Origin: Eledone cirrhosa
Taxonomy: Eukaryota
NCBI GenBank assembly: GCA_964016885.1
Contig: OZ024741.1
Span: 268,026,001-268,090,000 of the forward strand
Reading direction: 5' to 3'
DNA: 64,000 bases
This document shows positions 10,821 through 22,438 of this stretch, piece by piece (the first letter of the stretch is position 1; each line of letters starts with the position of its first letter). Below the pieces are notes generated by a model that worked only from the letters and a program-made list of their open reading frames with translations, did no database searches and was not told where the DNA came from. The translations under genes and the position numbers were made by a program.

Positions 10821-11639
10821 TCTGTTATTTCTATGGAAAGCTATTAGCAGATTACAAATGTAAAAATAAATAAATAAAAATATATAAAAAACAAGAAATA
10901 AAATAAAGTAAGCAGAAATGATCATTCACTCTCATTCACCAAGTTTTAATTAATTTTAGATTTATAGTATAAACTCTCTGAAATATCAGCTGATGATACA
11001 AATACATATTTAGAATAGGACTTTGAAGTTTGGGTGGTGTGGCTAAATGTTATCCTCTGTGAGCAGCACTGGTCAAAAGTGTTTTCTTTTTCTCTTGGCC
11101 TTATATCTCCTTTTGGTCCATATATAGTGTGGAACAAGAGTGATGGCTGGCAACATAGAGAGTGATGCTAAGGGCTGAATCACTCACTTGAGGGGGAGTT
11201 TCTTCTCTGAAGACCATCTTCTGGCCAGCTTTCCTGAGAGTTTCTTAACACTTTTTACCACTATTAGGTATAAAGCAATGAAATGCACATTTCATATATA
11301 ACCACTGTGATAGGGGACAGAAGTGGAATAATAAGGTTAGTGTCAGGACTAAATATAGCTCACTATGTGGGTAGAATAGGGGCTGTGAGTGTGAGAATGT
11401 GTGGATGAAGCAGTCATCAGGGAGTTGAGACAGTCAAACAGATCTTATTTGGAGGTTTGTGGTATTAGCCTAATTTTATGGAGAAACACGGCAATGAGCA
11501 GTAAGGGTAGGGTTTATGACTGGCTTGCTTGGTCATATTTTAGTAATTTCAGCAGTTGTTGGGCATTGAAAGTATGGTTGTAGGGGATTTAGTGATCAAG
11601 ACAGAGTTAGTTGCTGAATTCTACTTGAAACTGCATGTA

Positions 11640-12460
11640 GTTTGTGCCTTTAGAAAAGAATAAGGCAGATGTTCTCACCAGAGTGATGAAACCCTAGTTA
11701 TGGAGGAATTAAAGAGAGGAGTTGCCACAGTGTGTTCTTTATAGGACTTGGAGTTAAAGAAATTGCATAACCTGCACCATATACAATTGGGTAAAACTCT
11801 ATTGACCCTGCACTGAGTGTGCATGAGACTGAACAGATTCAAGTGGAAGATAACTGCAAGAAGTGGACAGTTGATGTGACACACTATCAGGAAAAGTTGC
11901 ATCTTTTGATAATCTACTGCACACTCAGGTGGATGGCAATATGGAAGAAGGGACTAGGATAGAGACTGCTGTTGAAACTACAGGTGAGCTAAACAAAACG
12001 TTTTTCGGGAGAAGCCTGATAATGAATAACAGCTCGGCATTTCACTCAGAATTGCTGATACTTATACTGGAACATCAAATGCATTTTCATAGCTGCTTAA
12101 TCAAAGTGGAATGGAAGTGTAGAAAGACACCATTCATCAATGAAGGCCATGGCTATGAGAAAGGGATGCATATCTCCCCAAATTAGGCAGGGTTCTGGTA
12201 CAGTGTTCCAGGTCAGGGCAAGCAGAGGCCTTGGTGGCTCAGAAAGTTGTGTTTAGCCATGAATGAACACACCTGAACATAATACCATAATTATTGGGGA
12301 AGGATCTGCATCAATCCAGTTTGAGGACTACCACTTCTCCCAATGCACACTGCATATCTCAATCAGGGACAGGTGTAAATTCCTGAAATGATGATGGACA
12401 AGGAGAGGACATTGTAGCCCTGCAGTGATTGGGGTGGGGAGTGGCATCTTCCTAGGTGAA
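11640..12460 (+). mobile_element. Heavily decayed Gypsy-like LTR retrotransposon integrase
   Basis: Broken motifs LKKLHNLHH, IDPAL, AVDVTHY, AIWK...ETAVE, MNNSSAFHS, GNGxVERHHxxMKA, ISP, FWY. Confidence 0.6.
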
Positions 12461-12884
12461 TAGATTTCAAAATAGCAACAGGAGTGATAAGATCCACCTT
12501 TTCAACTGTATATATATATATATATATATACACAGCCTTGTTAGCAGAGAAAAGGAACGTAGAATTATGTTAATTATATATATATACATACATACATAAA
12601 ATCTAGCTGTTTACTCTTAGTTAGCTTACTGTTATGTGAAGTGGTCTTTAGATTTAAGTAGGGGAATATAATGTGATCGGTCATGCAAGAGAAGACCAGG
12701 TCTGAGAGGTGATGTGATGGATAGTGGTGGTGTTCAGGCCCAGTTTCAGACCATGCCATGGCTGGAAAAGGTGGTGGTTGTGTGTGAGTGTGTAAGGGGA
12801 CAGGTGATTTCTTTACATGCACCTGGAGACAAATGAAGTAAGCTTTGATTATTCTGCTATTTTGTTTACCTAGAAAACATCAAT

Positions 12885-13170
12885 AGCCAGCCCTACTATA
12901 AAAGATACACCTGTACATCATTATACTACCAACAATTAACACTGTCATAATACACCTGTACACCACCATTATAGTACCAACAATCAGCATTATCATCAAA
13001 TTACACCTGTATAACACCATCATACTACCAATAATCAGCCCTACTATAAAGATACACCTGTACACCATCATACTATCAATAATCAGCATTGCTATAAAGT
13101 TACATCTGAACACCAATATACTATCAATAATCAGTATTACCATCAAATTACACCTGTATAACACCACTAT
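12885..13170. repeat. Minisatellite of ~40-bp units (about 7 copies)
   Basis: Recurrent tacacctgta.accatcatacta.caa.aatcag unit. Confidence 0.85.
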
Positions 13171-13194
13171 TATACTTCAAACAACATTATACAG

Positions 13195-13590
13195 AAGTGT
13201 GAGTTGGAGGATAATAACAGTTGCTAGGAAACTTGATGTTTTCCATCAACAATGCCTCTACAAGATTCACTAAGTCACATGGTGGGATCATATAAGGAAT
13301 AAAGAAATCCTCTAAAGCTCCAACCTCCAGCCATTGTGGTCTATTGTAGCAGAATTCTAGTTCCAATTGGCTGGACACACACAGCCCTCAGTTCACAGAC
13401 ATCAGTCATGTAAAGATAGCAATTTGTTGAACTCCATGATGAGGGCAAATGAAAGAGAGGAAGACCAAGAAAATCTGTTGCAGAACATTGCACTAGGTGG
13501 ACATCAGTTGAGAACATGTGGAAAAACAGTGACTAATTATTTGAAATGGTGAAATATGCTGTCTGATGTCCTGAACAGCTCAGGAAGACC
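13195..13590 (+). mobile_element. Decayed RTE-group LINE RT C-terminus
   Basis: ESWRII...RKLDVFHQQCL...VTWWDHIRNKEIL...LAGH...KRGRPRK. Confidence 0.7.
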
Positions 13591-13660
13591 TAAGTTTAAT
13601 CTTTAACATCCTGTAAAGACATTCTTAAAAATACAAAACATTGCTATGACTGCAGAGCCC

Positions 13661-13775
13661 TGCGAGTTGGAGTGGCTTTTCCAGCGTGTCTCCCTTGCCG
13701 TCCTCCGGAGAAACGCCTTCTCCATTCTGTCCGCCGGGGCTGTGGGTGGGCCCCATCGCGTACCATTACATTAGT
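13661..13775 (+). mobile_element. 3' end of a CRE-like (RLE-type) LINE
   Basis: RELEWLFQRVSLAVLRRNAFSILSAG resembles the FQRLSxAxxRGNA C-terminal motif; GC-rich island in AT-rich DNA. Confidence 0.65.
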
Positions 13776-14226
13776 TAAATACCATTCTTTCATCTCATAC
13801 ATATATATAAGTTATGGTATAACATTAAAAATTAAAGTCTACTTTCGTTTACTGAAAATTTTCACAACAATCTGTCCACTAGTAAAAATGCTATAAATAT
13901 TTGAATTAACAAACCTGTTTTGAAATATTTCCTTCTAAATCGTTAAAAGGTGTTAAAAATTAAGTAAATAATATAGATGTGGATGGAGAGATTCTACATG
14001 CCTATGTTGAGCTGACAGATGTGCTGCTAATAATAGAATTTTAAGTCAATTTTAATTCAAATACATTTTCAAATTCATATATGTGTTGCATCTCTTCTCG
14101 AAACAGGTGTTTTAGAACTGAATGCTGTTGCCAGTAGCAACCAGGAGCTGATTTTGGCAGTTCTGTTTTTTTTATTTTATTTGAGAATAAATGTCCTGTA
14201 AAGATTCATCATTATTTTCATTATCA

Positions 14227-14540
14227 GGTTCAAATCCCGCCGAGGTTGACTTTGCCGTTCATCCTTACGGGGTCGATAAAATAAAGTACCAGTAATGCAC
14301 TGGGTAATTGGTGGCCTTGTGCCTAAAGTAGAAACAATTATTTTCATTATCAGGGCGGTGGATTGGCAGTATCAGTAGAGGGTCGGATGCCATGCTTTCC
14401 AGCATAGTTACGTCCCTTTACGATCTGAGTTCAAATCCCGCCGAGGTTGACTTTGCCTTTCATCCTTACGGGGTCGATAATATAAAGTACCAGTAATGCA
14501 CTGGGTAATTGCTGGCCTTGTGCCTAAAGTAGAAACAATT
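14227..14540 (+). mobile_element. Two tandem copies of tRNA-derived SINE family A (truncated, then full length)
   Basis: gttcaaatcccgccgaggttgactttgcctttcatccttacggggtcgataaaataaagtaccag...agaaacaatt; the second copy has A/B-box-like head ggattggcagtatc...gagttcaaatcc. Confidence 0.85.
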
Positions 14541-15815
14541 ATTTTCATTCTCATATTTATCATCATCTTCATTATCAACACATTTCGGAGTTATCACCAT
14601 CACAAGACAATAAGACTGCCTCTACACAATCACTTATCCTGCTAGAAATAGTTGTCAAGAAGGCCTGTTTCATCAATGCTGGCATGGTTTTAAACAATAA
14701 CATGACCATCATCATCACTATTATCATACCTATAATTGTCACAATATTGAATAATAGTCATTCACTAATATTTTTTTCTTTTCCTCACAAAACTGTTTCT
14801 AGTTAGTTTTTTGAAATATACAATTCTCCATGCAATCACTCTTAATGTCCTGTGCCACATAACACTGGTTTGTGTATTTGCTTGCTTGGTAGGTGATTAA
14901 ATGGCTGGTCAGTTTACATCCACAAAACTCTGAACACCATGGAATCCATCCTGATGCTGCCTAATATGTTAAGATGTGAAATGAGCATGAAGGGACTTAT
15001 TTACTCAAATTCGTTTTAAATAATTAATGAATAAGATTTACTAATCAGTTGAATGATTTTATGTGATGGATATAGGTGGTGAATTGAACATCAAACAGAA
15101 TGCTTTATGGTATTTGTTCGGCTTTCTGCACTCAAATCCTACCAAGGTCAACTTTAGCTTTCATCCTTCCAAGGTCAAACTACTAGTACCGCACAAAGGT
15201 TGATTCTTACTTCCCTACTCTCTTTCCCCCACAGAGAAATTTACTGTATTAAGAGCTGGAGAAGGCATGAGCTTCATCAGGTTTTAAAAATTCCCCAAGA
15301 CGTTATAACACCCCTACAACTCCATCAGAGTTACTGGTCCACACATAGATGTGGATAGATAGAAATGTATCTGTTATTGATAAATATAGCGTAACCTCCC
15401 TTGACCTCTTCCCCCTGCTCTTCTAAATATTTGTAATATAGTATTTCATAGTTAGTCAGATTACATCTTTGTACTAAAGTTATTACAATTTCTATTAGAG
15501 TTAATGTATTTGGAGAACATTAGGAACTTGCGTGATTTGCTCTATGATCAGTTTGGCTCTTTTAAGGATAGGTTGTGTTTTTTTCCGGAAAGGTCATAAG
15601 GGATAGTACAGTAGGTGTCTGCTAGTGGGTTTCTTAAGCTGCTTGTTTCTGTATAAAGATAGGGAGTGGTGCAATTTTTTTTTCCTGAAAAGAAGTAACA
15701 TTTACCAATATGACCTTTAATCAAAATGTAAGTAAACTAGATTAATAGGAGGTTTGTGTGAGTGTACAACCATGGCTGAATGTTCATGATAGATTCTTCT
15801 GAATATTGGTCATTT

Positions 15816-16206
15816 TTAACCCTTTAGCATTTACATTACTGATATTCCCCCTCCATACACATGCATGCATGTATCTGTGTGTATATCATGACTCATACAC
15901 TGTTCACTTTCCTGACATTTTTACATTATTCTATGTACTATACATGCACCTTTAATGAGTTGTAGTGCACCTGAGCACTGTACACAATAATTTCATTATT
16001 ATTTTTTATTATATATACTATTATATTTTCATGGTAAAGGCTTTACCTCACATAATTATCTCACATAATATCAAATCTATGAGATTTTGATATTTATTTT
16101 GAGAACAATACCTTAACATCAGTATGAGTGGCCGGTTACAGCCATTTTGAACTGAAAGAGGTGAGAGAATTCTGGCCAGATATGGCCAGTTTAAATGATA
16201 GTGTTA
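15816..16206. mobile_element. piggyBac-type MITE interrupted by a CR1 3' tail (15839-16010)
   Basis: Starts TTAA-CCCTTTAGCATTT; body matches 19885-20113; insert matches the 3'UTR at 25460-25600. Confidence 0.8.
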
Positions 16207-16861
16207 AAGATGAAACATGTAGTAGTTTATAAGCAGATCAAGTGGTGCATTTACCTTGTGGGCTATATAAGTACTGAAAAAATTATATTAGGGTAATTTC
16301 AGTTTATTCTAAACTTTGAATGAACCATAGATGAATAATTATTCATATCAGTACAGTAAATGCTAAAGTGATCTCTTAAAGAAAGAAAACTCTTTTGTTA
16401 TATGGGACAAATTCTATATTGCAAGGGAAATTTTATATTTTATGGAATATAGAGAATATTCAGTTTAAAATAATTATTCCCAAAGTTTGATTCATTATAA
16501 TTATTAATCAATAAAACTAGATTAATGTTATTTAGCAACATACATCATTAAAGATGTTGTGAGTATTTTTTTTCTTTAATTTTTTTTTTTTTCTGTAAAA
16601 GAAAGATTAACATTTGCTGCTGCAATGCTGTTAAAATTTGAAAATTACACAAATTAAAAATCGCATTCGTAATAATCACCTTTTATCATTACTTTTTGTG
16701 AATAACATCTGATTTTAATCATATATTAATTATCATTTTTTTCCCCTCCATTATCTTTATTGGGAATATAAAGACTAACTATACTGCTGCTGATTTTTCA
16801 GTGTTATCACTATGGGTACATCAATGATTTCTCAGCAACTGGTAGTCTAGCACCTCTTTTT

Positions 16862-17358
16862 CATCATCATCATCATCATCACTGTTTAATGTCTATTTTT
16901 CATACTTTCATGGGTTAGGTGGGCTGTCATGTTATGAAGCCAAGCAGGTCAGGTGACAACGCCTTGCTCAAAAGGATTTTGGCCTGTTTTCTGCAGGATG
17001 CCCTTCCTAATGATAACCACCTTACTAGGCTGACTGGGTGCCTTTTGTTATGTGACCAGCACAACCCCATTTCATGGTGGACCAGGTTCTTTTTGTTGTG
17101 GCACCACCACAACCATCTTACAAGGTGGATTGGGTACCTTTTGTAATGTCACCAGCACAACCACCTTTCAGGGTGGACTAGATGCTTTTTTGCTGTGGCT
17201 CCAGTGTGACCACCTTACATGGTGGACTGGGTGTTTATCTGTACATAACAGAAGCCAAATATGGAACATATGGTCACTTGACTGGTCTAGCTTCAGAATG
17301 GAACAACCCGTCCAATCCGTATCAGTGTGGAAAGTGGACATAAAAATGTTGATGATGA
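16862..17358. mobile_element. SINE-like element with internal ~40-bp repeats and RTE-type tails at both ends
   Basis: (CAT)n tail at left (minus) and gtggaaagtggacataaaaatgttgatgatg at right (plus). Confidence 0.6.
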
Positions 17359-17540
17359 CATAAATATGCGCGAATACATTGATTACCTGCAACCTGTCAG
17401 ACGAGATGTTTCCCATTAGCGCATAACATAAGATTTAATTTTTCAACATTTACACCTTCATATTATTATAGTTCAAGAGTAGGGAAAGTGTTTCTAACTT
17501 CATATGTTTCTAGAAAATTATTATCTAGCCTGAGGAAATG

Positions 17541-17795
17541 TGGAGGCATATGGCCTAGTGGTAAAGGGATTGGATTTACGATCATAATGTCATGGATTCG
17601 ATTCCTGGGCAGGGTTGCATGTTCTTCAGCAAAATACTTCATTTCATGATGCTTCAGTATACTCAGGTGAAAATGGGTACCAGCAATAGCCGGGGGTTTA
17701 ATCCTGCGATGGACTGGCATCCTGTCCAGATGGGAGTCTTGTACTCTCATCCACTTCACGCCATGAAACTGAGATAAGCACCAGCCTAACGAGCC
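17541..17795 (+). mobile_element. tRNA-derived SINE family B; relatives at 35420-35695(-), 36312-36460(+), 44765-45068(+), 57240-57560(-), 57972-58230(+)
   Basis: Head ggaggcatatggcctagtggt...ggattcgattcc (A/B boxes) followed by a cttgagcaa.acact-like core. Confidence 0.75.
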
Positions 17796-17803
17796 TTAAA
17801 TAT

Positions 17804-17851
<48 letters not shown>

Positions 17852-17875
17852 ATATATGTATGTAAACACATATAT

Positions 17876-18142
17876 ACACTGTACACCCAGCATTGACGGT
17901 CCCGTTTATTCTACCACATATTCGCGGAATCGTAAATATCTTCTGCGATTTTTATATGACTTTTTTTGTAGCAATAAATTTTTTCATGTTTTTTAATGCT
18001 GAATTATTAATAGCAATATATTTTATGTTACGTTTTGATGTTTATAGGCATTTTTATTGTACCACCTCCAATATTCGGAGTTTTTCACTCTTCACGGGTG
18101 CTCTAGGAACATAAGCCCCGCAAATACTGGGGGACAACTGTT
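17876..18142. mobile_element. pogo/Tigger-type MITE, degenerate TIRs
   Basis: ta-cactgtacacccagcattgacgg ... ccgcaaatactgggggacaactg. Confidence 0.55.
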
Positions 18143-18482
18143 TATACATTAAAGTAAAAACAAATAAACATATTACAATAACAGTATCAATGTTGAAAGA
18201 ATAGTGTTGATGTATTTAGATATAAGCAGAGCAGATGGATCAGCCATGTGTGTGTATATAACACACACAAACATGCATGGCTGCCAGATGAAGTTTTCCA
18301 GCTGCAACTTCGAAGTCACTGCTACTTCTCTACTTAGAAATTTATATTTCTGCACCCTATCCAGTGTAGTGAGTGCTCGTTCATTTAATGTTTGAATGCT
18401 TTAAATACTACAGTATTTTAAAATATTTTAAATGCATAATCTTATAATACTTATATATAATCTTATAATACTTATATATATA

Positions 18483-18547
<65 letters not shown>

Positions 18548-19884
18548 GCATGTCTCACAACGGGACAACTCGTCTCACCCATGCTAGCATAAAAAAATGG
18601 ATGTTAAACGAGGATATATATATATATATATATACATAAACATGCATACATACACAAGTATATATACACACACATACAGAGAGAGGGAGAGAGAGACACA
18701 CACATATATATGTATGTGTATATATACACACACACATTTAATTCTACAGTATAAAGTTGAAGCAACCTAATCTAACATTTGATTAAATGTCTCATTTTCT
18801 AAGACTTAATTGATAATTATTCCTATTTGATACAGGTTGTTATTGTGTAGTTGTTCAGTGTAGCTATCAATCAATATCTTCTAATGTTTCTGAACATTTT
18901 TCCAGTCATTCATTTAATGAATCCTTTTTACATATGAGAAAAATATTTTTCCAGCAGTAGTCAAGAATTAGTCAATAAGTAATACAGTTGCTTAGGCAGG
19001 AATAAGATATAGCGTAATATGAAATCGATGGTTTCAAAATGATAAGTTGATTGAAATGTGATTTGGCACTACTAGAAAAGAAAAGAACAAACAAACAAAC
19101 AAACAACCAACAACAACAAAAAAAAGAAAAATACAAACTCCAAAAATGCAAACAAATAAATGACTGAAAAAAATATAAAAACTAAAGTAGATATCTTTAA
19201 TCTAATTGTTAACTTTATATTAAAAAAAAAGAGAAGAGAAAAATGAAAGACTATACATTTCAATTTTCCAATAGTCCATATCATTGCTCAGACTTCTAGT
19301 CTAAATTAGAATGTAATTTAAAATCAAAATATTTCTTCTTTACATGAATTACTTTTCAACAACCACAACAATTCATCCCAAAGTCTTTGTTGATGTTAAT
19401 CTTCTCAGGCTTACTACTTTTGTAGTAACAAATTGTGACGTCACCATTCCTCCAAACATATGTATTATAAACTAATGGGGGTAGCCTGTATACAAGTAGT
19501 TGTTATCCTTTTTTTGTTGTTCCATGTGCCACTATGACACCACCCCCAACCTCAGTGTAAATAGTTTCTGTGTTCAAAGAACTATGTAAAATTTCAAAAA
19601 ATTGTCTCTCGACTACCAATATTTAAATTATCCCCCAAAATATTAAATATTGATCACATTGAATGAGTGCAATGAGCATTAGTGAATTTTCTTATTCTGA
19701 TCATTTAATTATTTTAAAAGCTGAATATCTCTAACAAATAGATTCTTTTTTTAATTAAACAAAAACATCGAAACAAACCTCACGATTGTGAACCCAACTC
19801 TCTAACCTCTAAGCCTTGAGCCCTCATATATATATATTTTTGGACTTGTGATGTTATGGACATATGTTGGTAAATATTTGTTAT

Positions 19885-20113
19885 TTAACCCTTTAGCATT
19901 TGCATTACTCTATACTTACTATTATATTTTCACAGTAAAGTATTTACCTCACATAATTATTTCACATAATATCGAATCTAAGAGATTTTAATGTTATTTA
20001 TTTTGAGAACAATACCTTAACATCAGTATGAATGGATAGTTTTAGCACATTAGACCAGAAAATGGTTAGGGAATTCTGGCCAGATAAAGCCGGTTTAAAT
20101 GCTAAAGGGTTAA
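19885..20113. mobile_element. piggyBac-type MITE (~220 bp); other copies 40716-40940, 43526-43744, 50140-50349
   Basis: TTAA-CCCTTTAGCATTT ... AAATGCTAAAGGG-TTAA. Confidence 0.85.
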
Positions 20114-20547
20114 TAGATTCTAATGAGATTAATATAGAAGGAGTGAATATTCTTGTTATGTTGATCAATTAAATGATTTAATTTAATCCTGGTTATTTTT
20201 ATTCATTTATATATATATACTCTGTGATATTGTAAACCTACTGTGATTGGAAATTCACTGATTGGACTAAACTATGAACTGTCTTTTACCTATCTTGCTG
20301 TGGACTATAAAATCACATTTGAGCTTCGTAATATTCTTTGTCTTTATATGATTGTATTATCAACACATTGAAACTATTATATATATATATATATATGTAT
20401 TAAGTTGTTAAACAATATTCGATGATTATGTCAAAGAATGAGTTTTACAGTAGATTGGAAGCACTCAACGGAAAATAATTTTCAGGAGTTATTAATATTA
20501 TTAAAATATAAGTATTAATAAAATAGATGTTCTTTTGATCAATTACA

Positions 20548-20598
20548 TTTTATTATACATATATCGGATGTACAATGGTACGTCCTCATCAGACAAAA
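20548..20598 (-). ncRNA. Type I hammerhead (GAAA mutated to GATA)
   Basis: TTTTGT-CTGATGA-GGACGTAC catt GTACATCC-GATA-TATGTATA-ATAAAA. Confidence 0.6.
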
Positions 20599-20711
20599 TA
20601 TAATGATACATGACATACCCTGAGATGTTAAATGGTTAAGATTTAATCAAGGTAAAATGATTGATTAAATCTTAACCATTTAACATCTCAGGGTATGTCA
20701 TGTATCATTAT

Positions 20712-20764
20712 ATTTTGTCTGATGAGGACGTACTGTTGAACATCTGAAATATGTATAATAAAAT
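20712..20764 (+). ncRNA. Type I hammerhead ribozyme
   Basis: ATTTTGT-CTGATGA-GGACGT..ACATCT-GAAA-TATGTATA-ATAAAAT. Confidence 0.75.
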
Positions 20765-20810
20765 GTAATTGATCAAAAGAACATATATTTTATTAATACT
20801 TATATTTTAA

Positions 20811-20847
<37 letters not shown>

Positions 20848-20906
20848 CAAGGCTCTGATACCATCAACACTATAAACACAGAGCTGGCATATCTAAGAAT
20901 TGACTA

Positions 20907-20962
20907 ACTGCCTGATGAAGTCAAAGCCATTCAATGGCTATCATCGAAATATTTATAGTAGT
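20907..20962 (+). ncRNA. Type I hammerhead motif in a separate (TA)n-bounded cassette (20844-21008)
   Basis: ACTGC-CTGATGA-...AGCCAT tca ATGGCT...-GAAA-TATTTATA-GTAGT; base of stem II is mismatched. Confidence 0.6.
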
Positions 20963-21045
20963 AAATAAAGGATTATGAGTTCATGCAATTGACTTATGTT
21001 TCGTCACTATATATATATACACACACACATTATATATATATGAAC

Positions 21046-21154
21046 AAATTCAGGACCTCTGCGGCTGAGCTCAGGCCGTTTCAACAGCTAAATCTGAACA
21101 GTTTGGGTCTGGCTGTTGAAATGGATGGAGCTCAGCCATCAGGGTCCTGAGTTT
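21046..21154 (+). other. ~110-nt GC-rich imperfect hairpin
   Basis: tcaggacc..ggctgagctc..ccgtttcaacagc / gctgttgaaatgg..gagctcagcc..ggtcctga. Confidence 0.8.
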
Positions 21155-22010
21155 TTTCTTATTACCTACTCTACTACCCCAAGTATTGAATACTCTGGTA
21201 CCGCTTCCATTGATACCATGACTTCTACATGTTTTCACAGCCAGGGGTTAGACAGACTGGAGAGACTTCATCTTGCTCATACATTCCATATTTGGCATGC
21301 TTTCCATGGATGAAAGCCCTCTCTAACACTAACCTCTTTACAAGGTGTACTAGGTGCATTTATTGTAGCACCAGCACTACCACTTCACAGAGTATAATGG
21401 GTATATTCTAGCATAGTACCCATAAAAATGATGGAGATTATAGCAAAAATAATGTTAATTTAATAATTCCTTGATTCTAACATTCTATATAAAGATGCTT
21501 GAATCCTTGATTTTCCTTGACCTCCCTCTTGTTACCCTGATCATCAACCTATTTCTTTTTACATTCATTTAAATTAGTTAGAATAGTTTCTTCCCTATTT
21601 TCATTATAAACATACTAGCAGAAAAACCACCCGAAGGTATGTGTAGTGTGCATATTGATATTATACGCAAATATATAAGCATGTAGATATGATACATCAA
21701 ATAAAATCGTAATTGACAATATGCACAGAAATTGAAGAGAGACTGTGTTACACTCTCTTCTGTAATCAGTAAAGTAATCCATGATACATTTAAAAAAGAC
21801 AATATTATATATAAACTGCATTATGGTGAAATGTAATGAAAATGAAAAAGGAGAAAATTAGTGACAGAAATATAAACGTTGAGATATACCAATGCAAATA
21901 TATGAACGTTAATATATGCGATATGATATATGATATGATATGTTATATCATAACTGGAAGTATTGACATTTGAAAATTTTAAAAGAAGTGAATCTTAAAA
22001 TAAGCAATCA

Positions 22011-22438
22011 TCTCCTTATAATATATAACCAGCAATTTCTCTGTTTGTCTGTCTGTCCAACAGTGGAAACACGGGCGCGCGTGCGAATGTTTTTTGCGCA
22101 CGTGTAGAGAGAGAGTAAGAGTGAAAGAAAGAGACAGACTACGAGAGGGGGAGTGAATAGACGCTAAAACACGTGCGCGCGTGCGAATTTTTTTTGCGCA
22201 CGCGTAGAGAGAGAGTGAAAGAAAGAGACAGACTACAAGAGGGGGATAGTGGGAGGGAGAGAGGGGGGAATTGAGGAGTGCTACAGAAACATATATACAT
22301 TTCTGTGTGTATAATATATATATATATATACACACACAGAAATATATATATATACACACAGAAATATATATACATTTCTGTGTGTGTAATATATATATAT
22401 ACTCGCAGAAAACCACCCGGTGGGCGGTTTTCTGCTAG
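22011..22438 (+). mobile_element. Non-autonomous Helitron 1
   Basis: A|TC start, (CTGT)n near the 5' end, 3' hairpin gcagaaaacc..ggttttctgc and CTAG end. Confidence 0.7.

Larger units (their letters stand above)
20398..20818. mobile_element. Head-to-head fold-back pLTR-like cassette (158-bp arms, 10-bp spacer) with a hammerhead in each arm
   Basis: 20493-20650 is the reverse complement of 20661-20818; (TA)n on both flanks. Confidence 0.9.

Noticed and set aside
10284-10847. 187-aa Leu/Ser ORF
   Set aside because: (CT)n low-complexity tract.
12885-13170. CRISPR-like periodic repeat
   Set aside because: Units are contiguous with no unique spacers; eukaryotic minisatellite.
17541-17610. tRNA genes at SINE heads
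   Set aside because: No intact cloverleaf; they run directly into SINE bodies.
19356-19585. Minus-strand frame ending ...FGMNCCGC* as a terminal exon
   Set aside because: Internal stop, weak acceptor, no recognisable homology.
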